In this document: positions 1-13,200 of the stretch, one piece after another
Layout of the letters: each line of letters starts with the position of its first letter
How positions within the stretch are numbered: the first letter of the stretch is position 1
Assembly: GCA_964016885.1 (NCBI GenBank)
Contig: OZ024741.1
Coordinates: 252,340,001-252,404,000, forward strand
Length of the DNA: 64,000 nucleotides
Source: Eledone cirrhosa
Taxonomy: Eukaryota
Direction of reading: 5' to 3'
Translations under genes and position numbers: made by a program
Notes under the pieces: model-generated
Database searches by the model: none
What the model was told of the DNA's origin: nothing
The model's input: only the letters and a program-made list of their open reading frames with translations

Positions 1-453
1 GCTCAGCCGTCGGGGTCTTACTGGTTCCTATATATATATATATATTAAAATGGTATCATAACATATAAAAAAAATTTGTATGATGATTATGTTTCTCTTA
101 CATATATATGTATATAATATTTATATATACATAGATAGATAGATATGTTTATATATATATACACACCTTTTCCTTTTCATTGCATCCCCCTTCTATATTT
201 CTACCTTGCTCTACGTCCTCTTCTTCTCTAAGTTTATCATATTATTTGTGGTATAAAAACACTGAGAGCTGGTGAATTAAATCACTGCCAATACTGGAAG
301 TGAATAATCAAAACCGTAGCGGTATGTCATATATCAAATCTTATATTTTGTCTGATGAAAACATACTTAAACACCATTGTACCTTTGATATATGTATAAT
401 AAAATATATATTTTGATTATGAGAATATTTTTCATTTATTAATATTTTGAATA

Positions 454-487
<34 letters not shown>

Positions 488-809
488 ATACATATATTTG
501 TCATATAAAAATGACTTCTAATGGACTAAAACACTTCCATTCAGCTGAAATTATCAAGAAATCTGCATTCCTAGTGATTTTAAATGAATGGACCCTTTGA
601 AGTCATAATCAATACATACCTGCACTACTAACATAGCAGTGTGCCTTATTTAACTGCTTGTCCCTTCCATATAAAATATCTAGCAGGCATCGGCCTATTC
701 TGTAAGGATGTGTATGTTATACACATCCCATTGCATAGAATAGGAAAACACCCCCTAATGTAGGAGTGCCCATCACAACTATGGCTACAATATAAATAAA
801 TATACATAT

Positions 810-840
<31 letters not shown>

Positions 841-893
841 AACCTATACATACATACACACACACATATATATATATAAACCTATACATACAT

Positions 894-935
<42 letters not shown>

Positions 936-1033
936 CTATACATACACACACATATATATATACACATTTATACACAAATACACACTTATAAACACACACA
1001 CACACATGTATATATATACATATATATACATGC

Positions 1034-1066
<33 letters not shown>

Positions 1067-1125
1067 TAAATATTATATATAAATATGTATATAAATATAT
1101 AAATATATTTATATATATAAATATA

Positions 1126-1166
<41 letters not shown>

Positions 1167-1169
1167 TCA

Positions 1170-1460
1170 GCCATGTTTAACATTGATTACTATAAAGATA
1201 TATTGTTATATTTTAATATCACACTACTACATATAGACAGATAATATTAACATGATAATATTCAATAAATATCCCTAACACAATCAGAAATATTCCTACA
1301 TTGTATCTATTATAGAAAATATTTGACTGAGAATTGATATATTGGCATGTATGTCATAAGTGAAACACCAGTTGAAGGAATTTTCTCAATGGTATAAGGG
1401 TCTTATATAAATTCATCCTTTACATTTTCCTCTCTTATGATGCTCATGAAAGATATATAA
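1170..1460. repeat. Segment duplicated at 20570-20860 (homologous intron sequence ~1.2-1.7 kb downstream of exon A in two units)
   Basis: Near-identical ~280 bp beginning GCCATGTTTAACATTGATTACTATAAAGAT. Confidence 0.9.
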
Positions 1461-1490
1461 ATATATATCTATCTAATTAGATATCTATGC

Positions 1491-1535
<45 letters not shown>

Positions 1536-1734
1536 ATTAAATAAATGGAAACTATATTTATAAAACATATTTATTTTATTATATATATTTCAAGGGTACC
1601 AAAACACTTTGGTACGCTTTCTTCAGATAAAATACAAAGTTTGTTTTATAAATAGAGACATACCCAGGAAAATCATACCTTATCAGTTGGGTATTCTCTG
1701 GATATGTATTCCAACAAATTAAATACCCCTTCTA

Positions 1735-1780
<46 letters not shown>

Positions 1781-1927
1781 CATATATATATCTTTATATA
1801 TATACATATATATTTTCATATTTATATACTTTATATACATATCTACATATATACGTATAATATATATATACATATATATATATGTATATATATTTTCATA
1901 TTTATATACATATCTATATATATATAC

Positions 1928-1974
<47 letters not shown>

Positions 1975-2037
1975 TATATATGCATATATATTTTTATATT
2001 TATATACTTCATATATATATCTACATATATATACGTA

Positions 2038-2068
<31 letters not shown>

Positions 2069-2327
2069 GCATATATATATTTTCATATTTATAGACTTTA
2101 TATTCATATCTACATATATACGTATATATATATATATACATATATATATGCATATATATATATATGCATATATATATATATTTTCATATTTATACACTTT
2201 ATATACATATCTACATATATATATATACATATATATATATAAAATATTGAAGCATGCCCATACATTTATATATATTTAAGTGTGCGTACCCCAGGTACAT
2301 ACAAAGTGTGTATTCTTTATTAAAGCC

Positions 2328-2354
2328 ATGCTTGAGTCTTGATACTCTGGAGTT

Positions 2355-2387
<33 letters not shown>

Positions 2388-2434
2388 CTGTATGCTTGAG
2401 TCTTGTTACTCTGGAGTTTATATATATATATATA

Positions 2435-2465
<31 letters not shown>

Positions 2466-2657
2466 CTGTGTGTCTGTGTGTGTCTGTATGCTTGAGTCTT
2501 GTTACTCTGGAGTTTATATATATATATATATATGTCTGTGTGTGTGTGTGTGTCTGTATGCTTGAGTCTTGTTACTCTGGAGTTTATATAATATATATAT
2601 ATGTCTGTGTGTGTGTGTGTCTGTGTGTGTCTGTATGCTTGAGTCTTGTTACTCTGG

Positions 2658-2695
<38 letters not shown>

Positions 2696-2720
2696 TGTGT
2701 GTGTGTGTGTGTGTGTGTGT
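2328..2720. repeat. Five copies of ATGCTTGAGTCTTGTTACTCTGGAGTT separated by variable (TA)n(TG)n
   Basis: Constant ~27-bp core at ~2328, 2392, 2488, 2558, 2635. Confidence 0.9.
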
Positions 2721-2871
2721 TGTGTACATATATACATAAATGGAGTTAGTGTAATTAGAGAGAGAGACTATATAATATACTTTCTATAATATAACACAGT
2801 TTAGTAGAGAAGCTTTGGATTGTTAAAATGAGATCAAATATGTGAGTATAACAAGATAGACATAGGCTTAC

Positions 2872-3128
2872 CTCCATTTTGTCGTCCATAATCAGTGGTT
2901 ATGGTAGTTTGACTGGAAGTTTCTGTGGGTACTCAGCTTGTTAGACCGTTGTGGTTGTCTATGTGGTAGTTTGTACAGTGGTCTATGTGATAGACTATGC
3001 TGCAGTTGCTGTGGTAGTAGTGTTTGTGGCAGCAGAGATTGATGTGGATCACTGGCTCTGACTACTGAGGTTGCTGCTGCTGCTGCTGCTGCTGTTCTTG
3101 ATGTTACTGCTGCTGCAGTCTACTGCAT
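2872..3128 (-). other. Putative first (5' leader) exon A of a further protocadherin unit lying left of the window
   Basis: Minus strand starts ATGCAGTAG, then a (CAG)n tract and GTGATCC, and ends ATTATGGACGACAAAATGGAG|GTAAGC. Homologous to four other copies. 5' boundary approximate. Confidence 0.6.
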
Positions 3129-3304
3129 TCCATAAACACGCCACACACATACACTTCAATACATATTCATGCATGTTCTCACACACACACACAGATACAC
3201 ACACACACACACTATAATGCACGACACTACTATGTGTAGTATCAGCTGTTGGAGGGTGAAGATGCTGGTGTTTATAAGGTGGGGGGGGGAGGAGTTCTAC
3301 CACT

Positions 3305-4188
3305 GTGCCTGTGCCTCTGTGTGTCTCTGTGTCTGTGTGTGTGTGTGTCTGTGTGTGTGTGTGTGTGTGTGTCTGTGTGTGTCTGTGTGTCTGTGTGTGT
3401 GTCTGTGTGTTCTGTGCTTGTATCTGTGTGTATCTGTGTGTCTGTGTGTGTATGTGTGTGTCTGTGTGTGTCTGTGTGTGTCTGTGTGTGTCTGTGTGTG
3501 TCTGTGTGTGTCTGTGTGTGTGTGCATGTATCGGTGTGGTCTGTGTGTCTGTGCATGTATCTGTGTGTCTGTGTGTGTCTGTGTGTCAGTGCATGAATCT
3601 GTGTCTGTGTGTGTCTGTGCATGTACCCGTGTGTGTCTGTGTGTCTGTGCTTGTATCTGTGTCTGTGTGTGTGTCTGTGTGTCTGTGCTTGTATCTGTGT
3701 GTCTGTGTGTCTGTGCATGTGTCTGTGTGTCTGTGCATGAATCTGTGTGTCTGTGTGTGTCTGTGTGTCTGTGTGTGTCTCTGTGTCAGTGCATGTATCT
3801 GTGTGTCTGTGTGTGTCTGTGTGTCAGTGCATGTATCTGTGTGTGTCTGTGTTGTCAGTGCATGTATCTGTGTGTCTGTGTGTGTCTGTGTGTCAGTGCA
3901 TGTATCTGTGTGTCTGTGTGTGTCTGTGTGTCAGTGCATGTATCTGTGTGTCTGTGTGTGTCTGTGTGTCAGTGCATGTATCTGTGTGTCTGTGTATGTC
4001 TGTGTGTCTGTGCATGTATCCGTGTGTGTCTGTGTGTGTCTGTGTGTGTGCATGTATCCGTGTGTCTGTGTGTGTCTGTGTGTGTCTGTGTGTCTGTGTG
4101 TCTGTGTGTGTGTGCATGTATCCGTGTGTGTCTGTGCATGTATCCATGTGTCTGTGTCTCTGTGCATGTATCAATGTGTCATGTTGTG

Positions 4189-4270
<82 letters not shown>

Positions 4271-4367
4271 TTGTGTGTGTGTGTGTGTGATTGTATAGCA
4301 AACAGACCTGTCATGTAGTGCATGCAGTGCATGTATGTGTGTGTGTATGTATATGTCTGTGTGTGTG

Positions 4368-4440
<73 letters not shown>

Positions 4441-4493
4441 AGTCCGTACAGTAAAAGCCTTTTCATCTAATGTATATATACAGTATATGAGGC

Positions 4494-4535
<42 letters not shown>
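3305..4535. repeat. Compound (TG)n/(TGTC)n/TGCATGTATC microsatellite
   Basis: Direct inspection; source of the CV/HT-rich spurious ORFs. Confidence 0.95.
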
Positions 4536-4872
4536 GTGTGCAACACTGTCAGTGCACTTTAGGCATGCATTGTATTCTATACTGCAGCAGTGAGTAATGG
4601 TGTCAGTGTGCAGTGGCATTGGAATGGTGTGGTGTGGAGGAATGCACTGTGCTGCATGTAACTGCATTTCATGGTATGTAATTGTAATGCAGTGTATCAA
4701 ATTCAAATTGCCAGTTGAATGAGAATATATTGCATATCATACACATACATGCACTCAATTATTTATATATATATATATATAAATATATAAATATATATAT
4801 ATATAGAGAGGGAGAGGAGGAGAGAGAGAGGAAGAGGAGGAGGGGAGGAGGAGGGAGAGGAGGGAGAGGGAT

Positions 4873-4917
<45 letters not shown>

Positions 4918-5314
4918 TAATCTTATTTTCGGGGAGGTTACTATTGCCATTGATATTCTTATTGTTTCTTTTGTTGTTATTGTTTTTTACTCTTTGTAAT
5001 TGTTGTTGTTGTTGTTGTTATCACCATTCTTGTTGCTGCTGTTGTTGTTGTTGTTGTCGTCACCTAGTGCTGCGATCATCTCACCAATAATGTACAGCCA
5101 AATGACACCCAAGTCTAGATATGACATCTTATTTCTTTATCCGGGTGGGGTAACTGGAATATAAGAAGTTAGAAGACAGTTATAGGTGATACTGCTGGGG
5201 ACTCTGATAGTAGTGTTGTTGTTGCTGTTGTTGATGGCTGAAGGGGGCAGTGGGTGGTTGTAATGATGAGGGCAGTAATGGAGGAGAAGAATTATGACAA
5301 TAGCTTATATATTA

Positions 5315-8050
5315 TACCAGATGCAGTACCAGATGCGCTACAATATACCAGTTGTGGTTACAGTGTAACCAGTTGTCGTACAGTGTACCAGTTGTGGTAC
5401 AGTGTGCCAGTTGTGGTACAGTGTACCAGTTTGTGATACAGTGTACCAGTTGTGGTACAGTGTACCAGTTGTAGTACAGTATACCAGTTGCTATACAGTG
5501 TACCAGTTGCTATACAGTGTACCAGTTTGTGATGCAGTGTTACCAGTTGTGATACAGTGTACCATTTGTAGTACAGTGTACCAGTTTGTGGTACAGTGCA
5601 CCTGTTTTGGTACAGCGCACCAGTTGTGGTACAGTACCAGTTGTGGTACAGTGTGGCCAGTTGTGATAGAGTGTACCAGTTGTGATACAGTGTACCAGTT
5701 GTGATGCAGTGTACCAGTTGGTGATGCAGTGTACCAGTTGTGATATAGTGTACCAGTGGTACAGTGTACCAGTTATGATATAAATGTAGCAGTTGTTGGT
5801 ACAGTTGTACCAGTTGTGGTACAGTGTACCAGTTGTGGTACAGTGTACCAGTTTGTGGTACAGTGTACCAGTTGTGATATAGTGTACCAGTTGTAATAGA
5901 GTATACCAGTTTTGATATAGTGTACCAGTTGTGGTACAGTGTACCAGTTGTGGTATAGTGTACCAGTTGTGGTATAGTGTACCAGTTGTGATAGAGTGTA
6001 CCAGTTGTGATATAATATAACCAGTTATGGTACGGTGTACTAGTTGTGTGGTATGGTGTACCAGTTGTGGTACGGTCTACCAGTTGTGGTACGGTCTACC
6101 AGTTGTGGTACAGTGTACCAGTTGTGGTATAGTGTACCAGTTGTGGGTACAGTGTACCAGTTGTGGGGGCAGTGTGCTATTTGTGATATAGGTGTACCAG
6201 TTGTAAAACAGTGTACCAGTTGTGATACAGTGTACCAGTTGTGATATAGTGTATCTTGTGATATAGTGTACCAGTTGTGATACAGTGTACCAGTTGTGAT
6301 ATATTGTACTGGTTGTGGTAAAGTGTACCAGTTGTGATATAGTGCACCAGTTGCTATACATTGTACCAGATGTGGGTACAGTGTACCAGATGTGGTACAG
6401 TGTACCAGTTGTGGTACAGTGTACCAGATGTGGTACAGTGTACCAGTTGTGGTACAGTGTACCAGTTGTGGTACAGTGTACCAGTTGTGGGTACAGTGTA
6501 CCAGTTGTTGGTACAGTGTACCAGTTGTGATATAGTGTACCAGTTTTGGTATAATGTACCAGTTTGTGATATAGTGTACCAGTTGTGTATAGTGTACAGT
6601 TCTGGTACAGTGTACCAGTTCTGGTTACAGGTGTACCAGTTGTGGTATAGTGTACCAGTTTCTGGTGTACCAGTTGTGGTACAGTGTACCAGTTGTGGTA
6701 CAGTGTACCAGTTGTGGTACAGTGTACCAGTTGTGGTACAGTGTACCAGTTGTGGTAAGGTGTACCAGTTGTGGTATGGTGTACCAGTTGTGGTAAGGTG
6801 TACCAGTTGTGGTACAGTGTACCAGTTGTGGTACAGTGTACCAGTTGTGAGAGTGTGCTATTTGTGATATAGTGTACCAGTTGTGATACAGTGTACCAGT
6901 TGTGATACAGTGTGCCAGTTGTGATATAGTGTACCAGTTGTGATACAGTGTACCAGTTGTGCTACAGTGTACCAGTTGTGCTACAGTGTACCAGTTGTGC
7001 TACAGTGTACCAGTTGTGATATTGTGTACCGGTTGTGATATATTGTACTGGTTGTGGTCAAGTGTACCAGCTGTGATATAGTGTACCAGTTGCTAATACA
7101 GTGTACCAGTTGCTATACAGTGTACCGGTTGTGATATAGTGTACCAGTTGTGATATAGTGTACCAGTTGTGATATAGTGTACCAGTTGTGATATAGTGTA
7201 CCAGTTGTGCTACAGTGTACCAGTTTTGGTATAGTGTAACAGTTGCGGTACAGTGTACAAGTTGTGATATAGTGTACCAGTTGTGGTATAGTGTACCAGC
7301 TGTGAGACAGTGTACCAGTTGTGATATAGTATACCAGTTGTGATAGAGTATACCAGTTTTGGTATAGTGTACCAGTAGTGGTACAGTGTACCAGTTGTGA
7401 TACAGTGTACCAGCTGTGATACAATGTACCAGTTGTGATAGATATAGTGTACCAGTTGTGATACAGTGTACCAGTTTTGGTATAATGTACCAGTTGTGCT
7501 ACAGTTTACCAGTTGTGGTATAGTGTACCAGCTGTGATACAGTGTATCAGTTGTAATAGTTTACCAGTTGTGATACAGTGTACCGGTTGTGATATAGTGT
7601 AACGATTGTGGTACAGTGTACCAGTTGTGATACAGTCTACCAGTTGTGATATAGTCTACCAGTTGTGATATAGTCTACCAGTTGTGATATAGTCTACCAG
7701 TTGTGATATAGTCTACCAGTTGTGATATAGTGTACCAGTTGTGATATAGTGTACCAGTTGTGATATAGTGTACCAGTTGTGATACAGTGTACCAGTTGTG
7801 ATACAGTGTACCAGTTGTGATACAGTGTACCAGTTGTGATACAGTGTACCAGTTGTGATACAGTGGACCGATTGTGATATAGTGGACCGATTGTGATATA
7901 GTGTACCGATTGTGATATAGTGTACCAGTTGTGGTAAAGTGTACCAGTTGTGGTAAAGTGTACCAGTTGTAATACAGTGTACCAGTTGTGATACAGTGTA
8001 CCAGTTGTGATACAGTGTACCAGTTGTGATACAGTGTAACAGTTGGGTTA
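5315..8050. repeat. 19-bp minisatellite (CAGTGTACCAGTTGTGATA)n, roughly 140 copies
   Basis: Visible 19-bp period with variants GTGGTA/GTGATA; explains the repetitive YQLWYSVPVVVQCTSC ORFs. Confidence 0.95.
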
Positions 8051-8699
8051 CAATGTACTGTAATGAGAATATACTCATGATATACTCCCCAAGACTTGTA
8101 CTCAGGGTCACTTAATTCACAATCTAAGGCTTATCACCATCATCATCATTTTATGTCCGCTGTTCTCTGCTTGCAAGAGTTGGACAGGTGCTATTCAGCA
8201 CAGCATCTCTCCACTTGCCACGGTAAGACAGATATTTGAATATAGGACAGATTATGATTATTAACTTAAGTTTGATAGGATGATGCTGATGATGATAAGG
8301 ATATATAACAATAATAGATATTGTTTAAACATTTCACAGTTTAAGGGTTATTATATAAGGTTATGCCCGAGTAGACAGAACAGAAAAGCTGTTGCCCCAC
8401 AGGCCTGAAAGAGCCACTCCAGCTTGCAGGGTTCGCTTTGCTAGTAACCACCTCTGTGCCAATAATAATGAGTAAGGATGTGTTCCAGAGCTCAACAATG
8501 CCAGAAGTCTATTACCACCAGCTCGACCACAAACCTGCTGGAGAGCAATTTATAATTCGATAGTTTGCCATTTTCTGACTGACAAGCAGCAAAGCTGAAC
8601 CTACTCGCTAATTGGTGGATAAATTCAATGAGATTTAAAGCTTAATAATTATGTTGTTATATATGTGAATATATAATATAATGTATAAATGTAACTTAC

Positions 8700-11132
8700 C
8701 AATACTGTATTTTGAGGACTCTTCTCCAAGGTACCTGTCTCTATCCATTCACTCTGGGATTCATACTGGGGGTAGAAATCTCCCTTACATTCTATATACT
8801 GGATGTTTCTATTATTCAAATCTGTAGAATACCTCACTGGGGTACCAGGAACACTGCTGTTGCTGCTCTGACATGGTAAAGGTTGATCAATTCTGTTACA
8901 TATAGCTGACCGATCAACACCTCTCCTAGTGGCCTTTGTAGATTGAGACTGACCACTGCTACATTTCAAAATACACAGTGTGATGGACACTACAATGACT
9001 ACAGCCACTATTACAGCTGCTACTATAATTATAATTAATATTGGTATATCAAATATTTTCTTCTTCTCTAACTGGACAGTGGTCATCTGTGGTGATGTCT
9101 TGTTAGTGACCTTTAATGATAAAGACACAGTAGTTGTGGCTGACATCACTGGGGAACCAGAATCCTTGACCACAAGTACCAGTTGATATGAGCCAGCTTC
9201 ATTGAGATGAGGTGGACGAGAGAAAGACATTTGACCAGTAAAAGAGTTCAGTGTAAACAACTGTTTATTATTACCATCAAGTATTCCATATTTGAGGAAG
9301 GCATTTAAATGACTGTCTCTATCAGTGGCTTTAATCACAGTGATGGCATTGGTACTTTGTGGATGGTAGTGGACATTGATATGGAATGGGTCAGTTGTAG
9401 GGTAGATAAAATATGGATTATTGTCATTTCTGTCTAAAACCTCAATAACAACATTGGCTGTATTATTCAATGATGGCTGACCATTGTCTTTGACTAATAC
9501 TTCAAATTTATACATGTCTTCTTCTTCTCTATCTAATGGTATGTTGCTGGTAATAAAACCATAGTCACTCACCTTAAATGGTATATTATTTCTGTCTTTA
9601 CTTAATATTGAGTAAGTTAGTTGACCAGCCCTTCCTAGGTCTGGGTCAGTGGCATTAATAAAACCTATAGGAAAGTTAGCTTTACCATTCTCATAAGTAA
9701 GGAAGTGGAATTTATCTTTGGTAAATTGTGGTTTCACATCATTCACATCCATTACTTCAATAGAAATCTTTCTCTCTGTCTTTAAAGGAGGGCTTCCATT
9801 GTCTTCACATATGAGTTTCATGCTAAAATGGTCCGATGTTTCTCTGTCAAGTGATTTCTTCAAAGTAATTTTATATTCCTTTGATTCTAAATGTGAGAGG
9901 ACAACTTTATCATGTTTTAAATTACAAGTCACCTCTCCATTCTCTCCTACATCATTGTCCACCACATTGACATAAGCTATATAACTGCCCACTTCAGTTC
10001 CTTCATAAATTGCTGCTGTATCCTTCTTTAGTTCAGACACAAAATTCATATCAATTTCTGGAGCATGGTTCTTTTCATTAAGAACATTTACTCTTACAAT
10101 GGCAAAGGAATTTAGTGGGGGATTCCCGCCATCTTTAGCTTCTACATATAATTCATAAATATGGTGTATTTCTTTAAAGAAACTTTCTTTAATAAACAAT
10201 TCTCCAGAGTGTTGTTTTAATATGTAGCATTTTTTGGCTTTTTCTGGTGTTTCTGAACTAAAATAATAAGAAACTTGACCATTCTGTCCAGAATCTGGGT
10301 CTTTGGCTGACAATGTCACAATAGGAATATCATTAGTATGTGTATTTTTTATGGAAATATTGTAGATATGTTTTGAAAAAACTGGTGAGTTATCATTATC
10401 ATCAATTATTGTTATATGAACATGTAAAATTCCTTGTTTTGGAGGTTGTCCTCCATCTTTAGCTATCACTTTTAGATTATAACTATCCTTTAGTTCTCTG
10501 TCTAGTTTGTCTCCAAGAATAATTCCTATTTTAGATCTACCCGTGATTGTCTTAATAACAGACAATATAAATGGTTCATTAAATTTTTTTTTCAATTTGT
10601 AAGTAACTTCTGAATTTTCCCTTCCAAAATCTTTATCAATGGCATCTGGTATTAATCTTTCTGTCCCTTCTCCATCATCCTCATCATATGTGACATTTAA
10701 TTCTTTCATTGGAAATGTTGGTGTATGGTCATTGATGTCTTCTATAATCACTTTAATTTTCAGTATATTCATGAAAGACTTTGCCTTGTGTATAGCTATT
10801 TTGAGGAGCTTGAAACATTGTTTCCTGGGTTTACATAGAGTCTCTGAATCAAGTGTTTGTGCTGTGTACAGTTTACCATTTTTAGTGACATTGAACAACT
10901 GGAAACTGTCTGTCCATTTTTGTTGAAGTTGGTTATATGTTATAAGACCTCTGTCCATCAAAGAGCCACCACCAGCCAATAATGCATCAGCTGCAATGTC
11001 TCCAATGTATGTATGGGGACTACTTTCTTCATCCACATGATACTCAAGGTCGATTGCATGGCAGTAGTGTAGGAATACAACCAAAATATTTACTTGAATG
11101 GACAACTTCCTTCCAAATATTCCACCTCCCAT
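8700..11132 (-). CDS. PCDH: Protocadherin large exon P1 (signal peptide, EC1-EC6, TM, proximal cytoplasmic domain); divergent N-terminus/EC1; 3'-incomplete
   Basis: ORF 8649..11135 (first codon is GTG; ATG at 11132). Cadherin motifs DINDHTP, LDRE, AKDGG, DDNDNSP, DVNDVKP, DRNDNNP; EC1 C-X5-C (CKPRKQC); TM IPILIIIIVAAVIVAVVIVVSITLCIL. Phase-0 donor TTG|GTAAGT after 8700; 811 codons. Probable acceptor TTTCAG| at 11325. Symbol is family-level only. Confidence 0.95.
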
Positions 11133-12013
11133 CACTTCCTTTATTGTAACACCATGACATTAAATCCAGTATAAGGTAAGATTAACAACAGAAATAGCAA
11201 CAGCACCGCGAGCAGCAGATTCTGCCAAAATGATGAGGCTAAACACATAGTGGTGGAAGGCAATAGGTGTAGTGAAGAGAATAAACGTGAATGTCAAGTG
11301 GATGTCAAGTGGACATCAAGTGGAACTGAAAGATTAAAAAAACATTGTCATTCAAACTGTCTGCCAACAAAGTTGTTCATTGTTATAACCCCTTTTCATA
11401 CATTAAATATTCCAGACCATCCTATACATATTCATCTAGCTTTAACTGGATTTACTATATTATGATCATCATCCAGATTATCAGTTTAACATCCTTTGCC
11501 CTGCTTGCAAGTGGTGTATGAGTGTAGGTACAAGGGTGATAAGAGCTAGCAAGGGGTTATGACTGGTATGTCAGCGTTTTACAGGGAAAGTCAAGCATAG
11601 AGTAGGAGGGTGGGTGGTGGCCCTGAATAGAGTGTGGGTAAAGGTGATCCTGGATAAAATCAAGATGCAGGAGGGTGTACAGTGTTGCTGAAAGTAGTTA
11701 CTACGAGGGTTGGTGGAAGAGAGGTTTGTGGAGTGGAGGCACGAAAAGAATGGGAAGTGCAGTGATAGTGAGGATAGCAACTAAGAGTTAATAGTGGGAG
11801 GTAAGTGGGTATATAGTATATTAATATAGTACAGTACTAATACTATCAGGATATTAAGATATTAATAATATTTAACTGATAATATATATAGTATGGAATA
11901 CTAATAGATATAATGTAGTTTAGATAGGGGACAGAATATAATTATGTTATATTTTTTTAAATGTTGTAAATATAGTTAACGTTTAGTATAGTGTAAATAT
12001 AAATAGAAAAGTG

Positions 12014-12554
12014 GCAGTGACTTCGAAGTTTCAACTTAGTTACTTCATTTGACTACTTAGAAAATAAATTCCTGTACTCTTCCCACCAGTATTGAGTGTT
12101 CATTCGGTTAATGTTTGAATGTTTTCAATACTATGGTATCAACCCTTGTATTAAAACAGTTTGTGGAGTTGTACTGCTTTTTAGCTGTATCATGTCTGTC
12201 AGTCATACACAACTAGTTTATCTGCTAACCATTTGATTAGGGTCAGGATTTTCCCAGGATACGCCATTTGATGAAGGAATTCATGCTACTGCATTTAACA
12301 TCCCAAAAGTGACTTGAAAGCTTAGTGTTGGCTCTTTTGTCCAGATACCTGAAGGGGATCTCATGGTTTAGGGAGCAGTTTTTAAATCTGCCTACCAACA
12401 TTCCCATTACCAAAGAGGTGAGGAGGGGCATTGGATGATATTCCTTGTGAAAGAGTGCCCACCCAGAATGATCTGAAGTCCTACTCCCTCGCACCTGCAC
12501 CCCAAAATCTATTGATGAGCCAAGATGGGACAGGATCAGGGAGTTGAAAATCAA
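12014..12554 (-). mobile_element. Decayed Penelope-like retroelement 3' end (GIY-YIG endonuclease remnant plus degenerate hammerhead)
   Basis: ORF 12243..12554 FKNCSLNHEIPFRYLDKRANTKLSSHFWDVKCSSMNSFIKWRILGKS*P*SNG resembles, by eye, the PLE endonuclease pattern FKxRxxNHxxSFR...NxTxLSxHIWxLK...IKWxIL...PYSNG. Followed by GTAGT-CAAATGA...AACTAAGTT-GAAAC-TTCGAA-GTC-ACTGC at 12056-12014. Confidence 0.65.
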
Positions 12555-13200
12555 TTAGCCTTACTGTATTGCAAGGAAGATGAAATGAACATGGGGAAGA
12601 TGGTAATGTAGACAGTAAAAGTAGATTGACATTTTGATTTGTTAAAATGCATCCAGTACACTTTGTAAAGTGGTGGTCCTGGTGTCAAACAAAATGCTCC
12701 ATGTACCCTCAGAAAAGAGGTTGTGCTAGTGTCACAATAAAATGCACCCAGTACACACAACAAAGTGGTTGACATTAGAAAAGGCACCCAAGCTATAGAA
12801 ATCATGCAAAACTGGAATATGGTCATCTGACATGTTTTGTCTAGTCTTAGATGGAATATGACAACCAGTCCACTATATGCCACCATAGAAAATGGATGTA
12901 AAACAATGATAATGATGATGATGATGATGATGATAAATATATAAATATATATACCCAGTCCACACTGTAATGTAGCCATGTAGGTGACAGTAAAAACCTC
13001 CCAGTCCACACTGTAAACGTGGTTAGTGTTAGGAAGGGCACCCAGTCTTAGAAAACCTGCCAGACAGTCCTATACGAGCAAGACAACCAATCTTGCCTCA
13101 AGTGGGACAATTCCCGTCTAAACCCATGCTAGCGGGGAAAATAGACGTTAAACGATGATGATATACATGCATATATATATATATATACTTATATATACAT

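Noticed and set aside
2328-2720. CRISPR-like constant repeat with variable spacers
   Set aside because: Spacers are only (TA)n(TG)n slippage variants; eukaryotic context; no cas genes.
785-4999. Many long YI-, CV- and HT-rich ORFs (also 14503-15122, 18748-23346, 28260-28783)
   Set aside because: Translations of (TA)n, (TG)n and (TACA)n microsatellites, which lack stops in several frames; no protein features.
5254-8111. Cys-rich repetitive ORFs (VVQCTSCGTVYQLWYS) resembling zinc ribbons
   Set aside because: Product of the 19-bp minisatellite cycling through frames; indels and stops are unconstrained.
8980-10926. Recurrent plus-strand ORFs overlapping each protocadherin exon
   Set aside because: Antisense shadows conserved only because the sense exons are near-identical.
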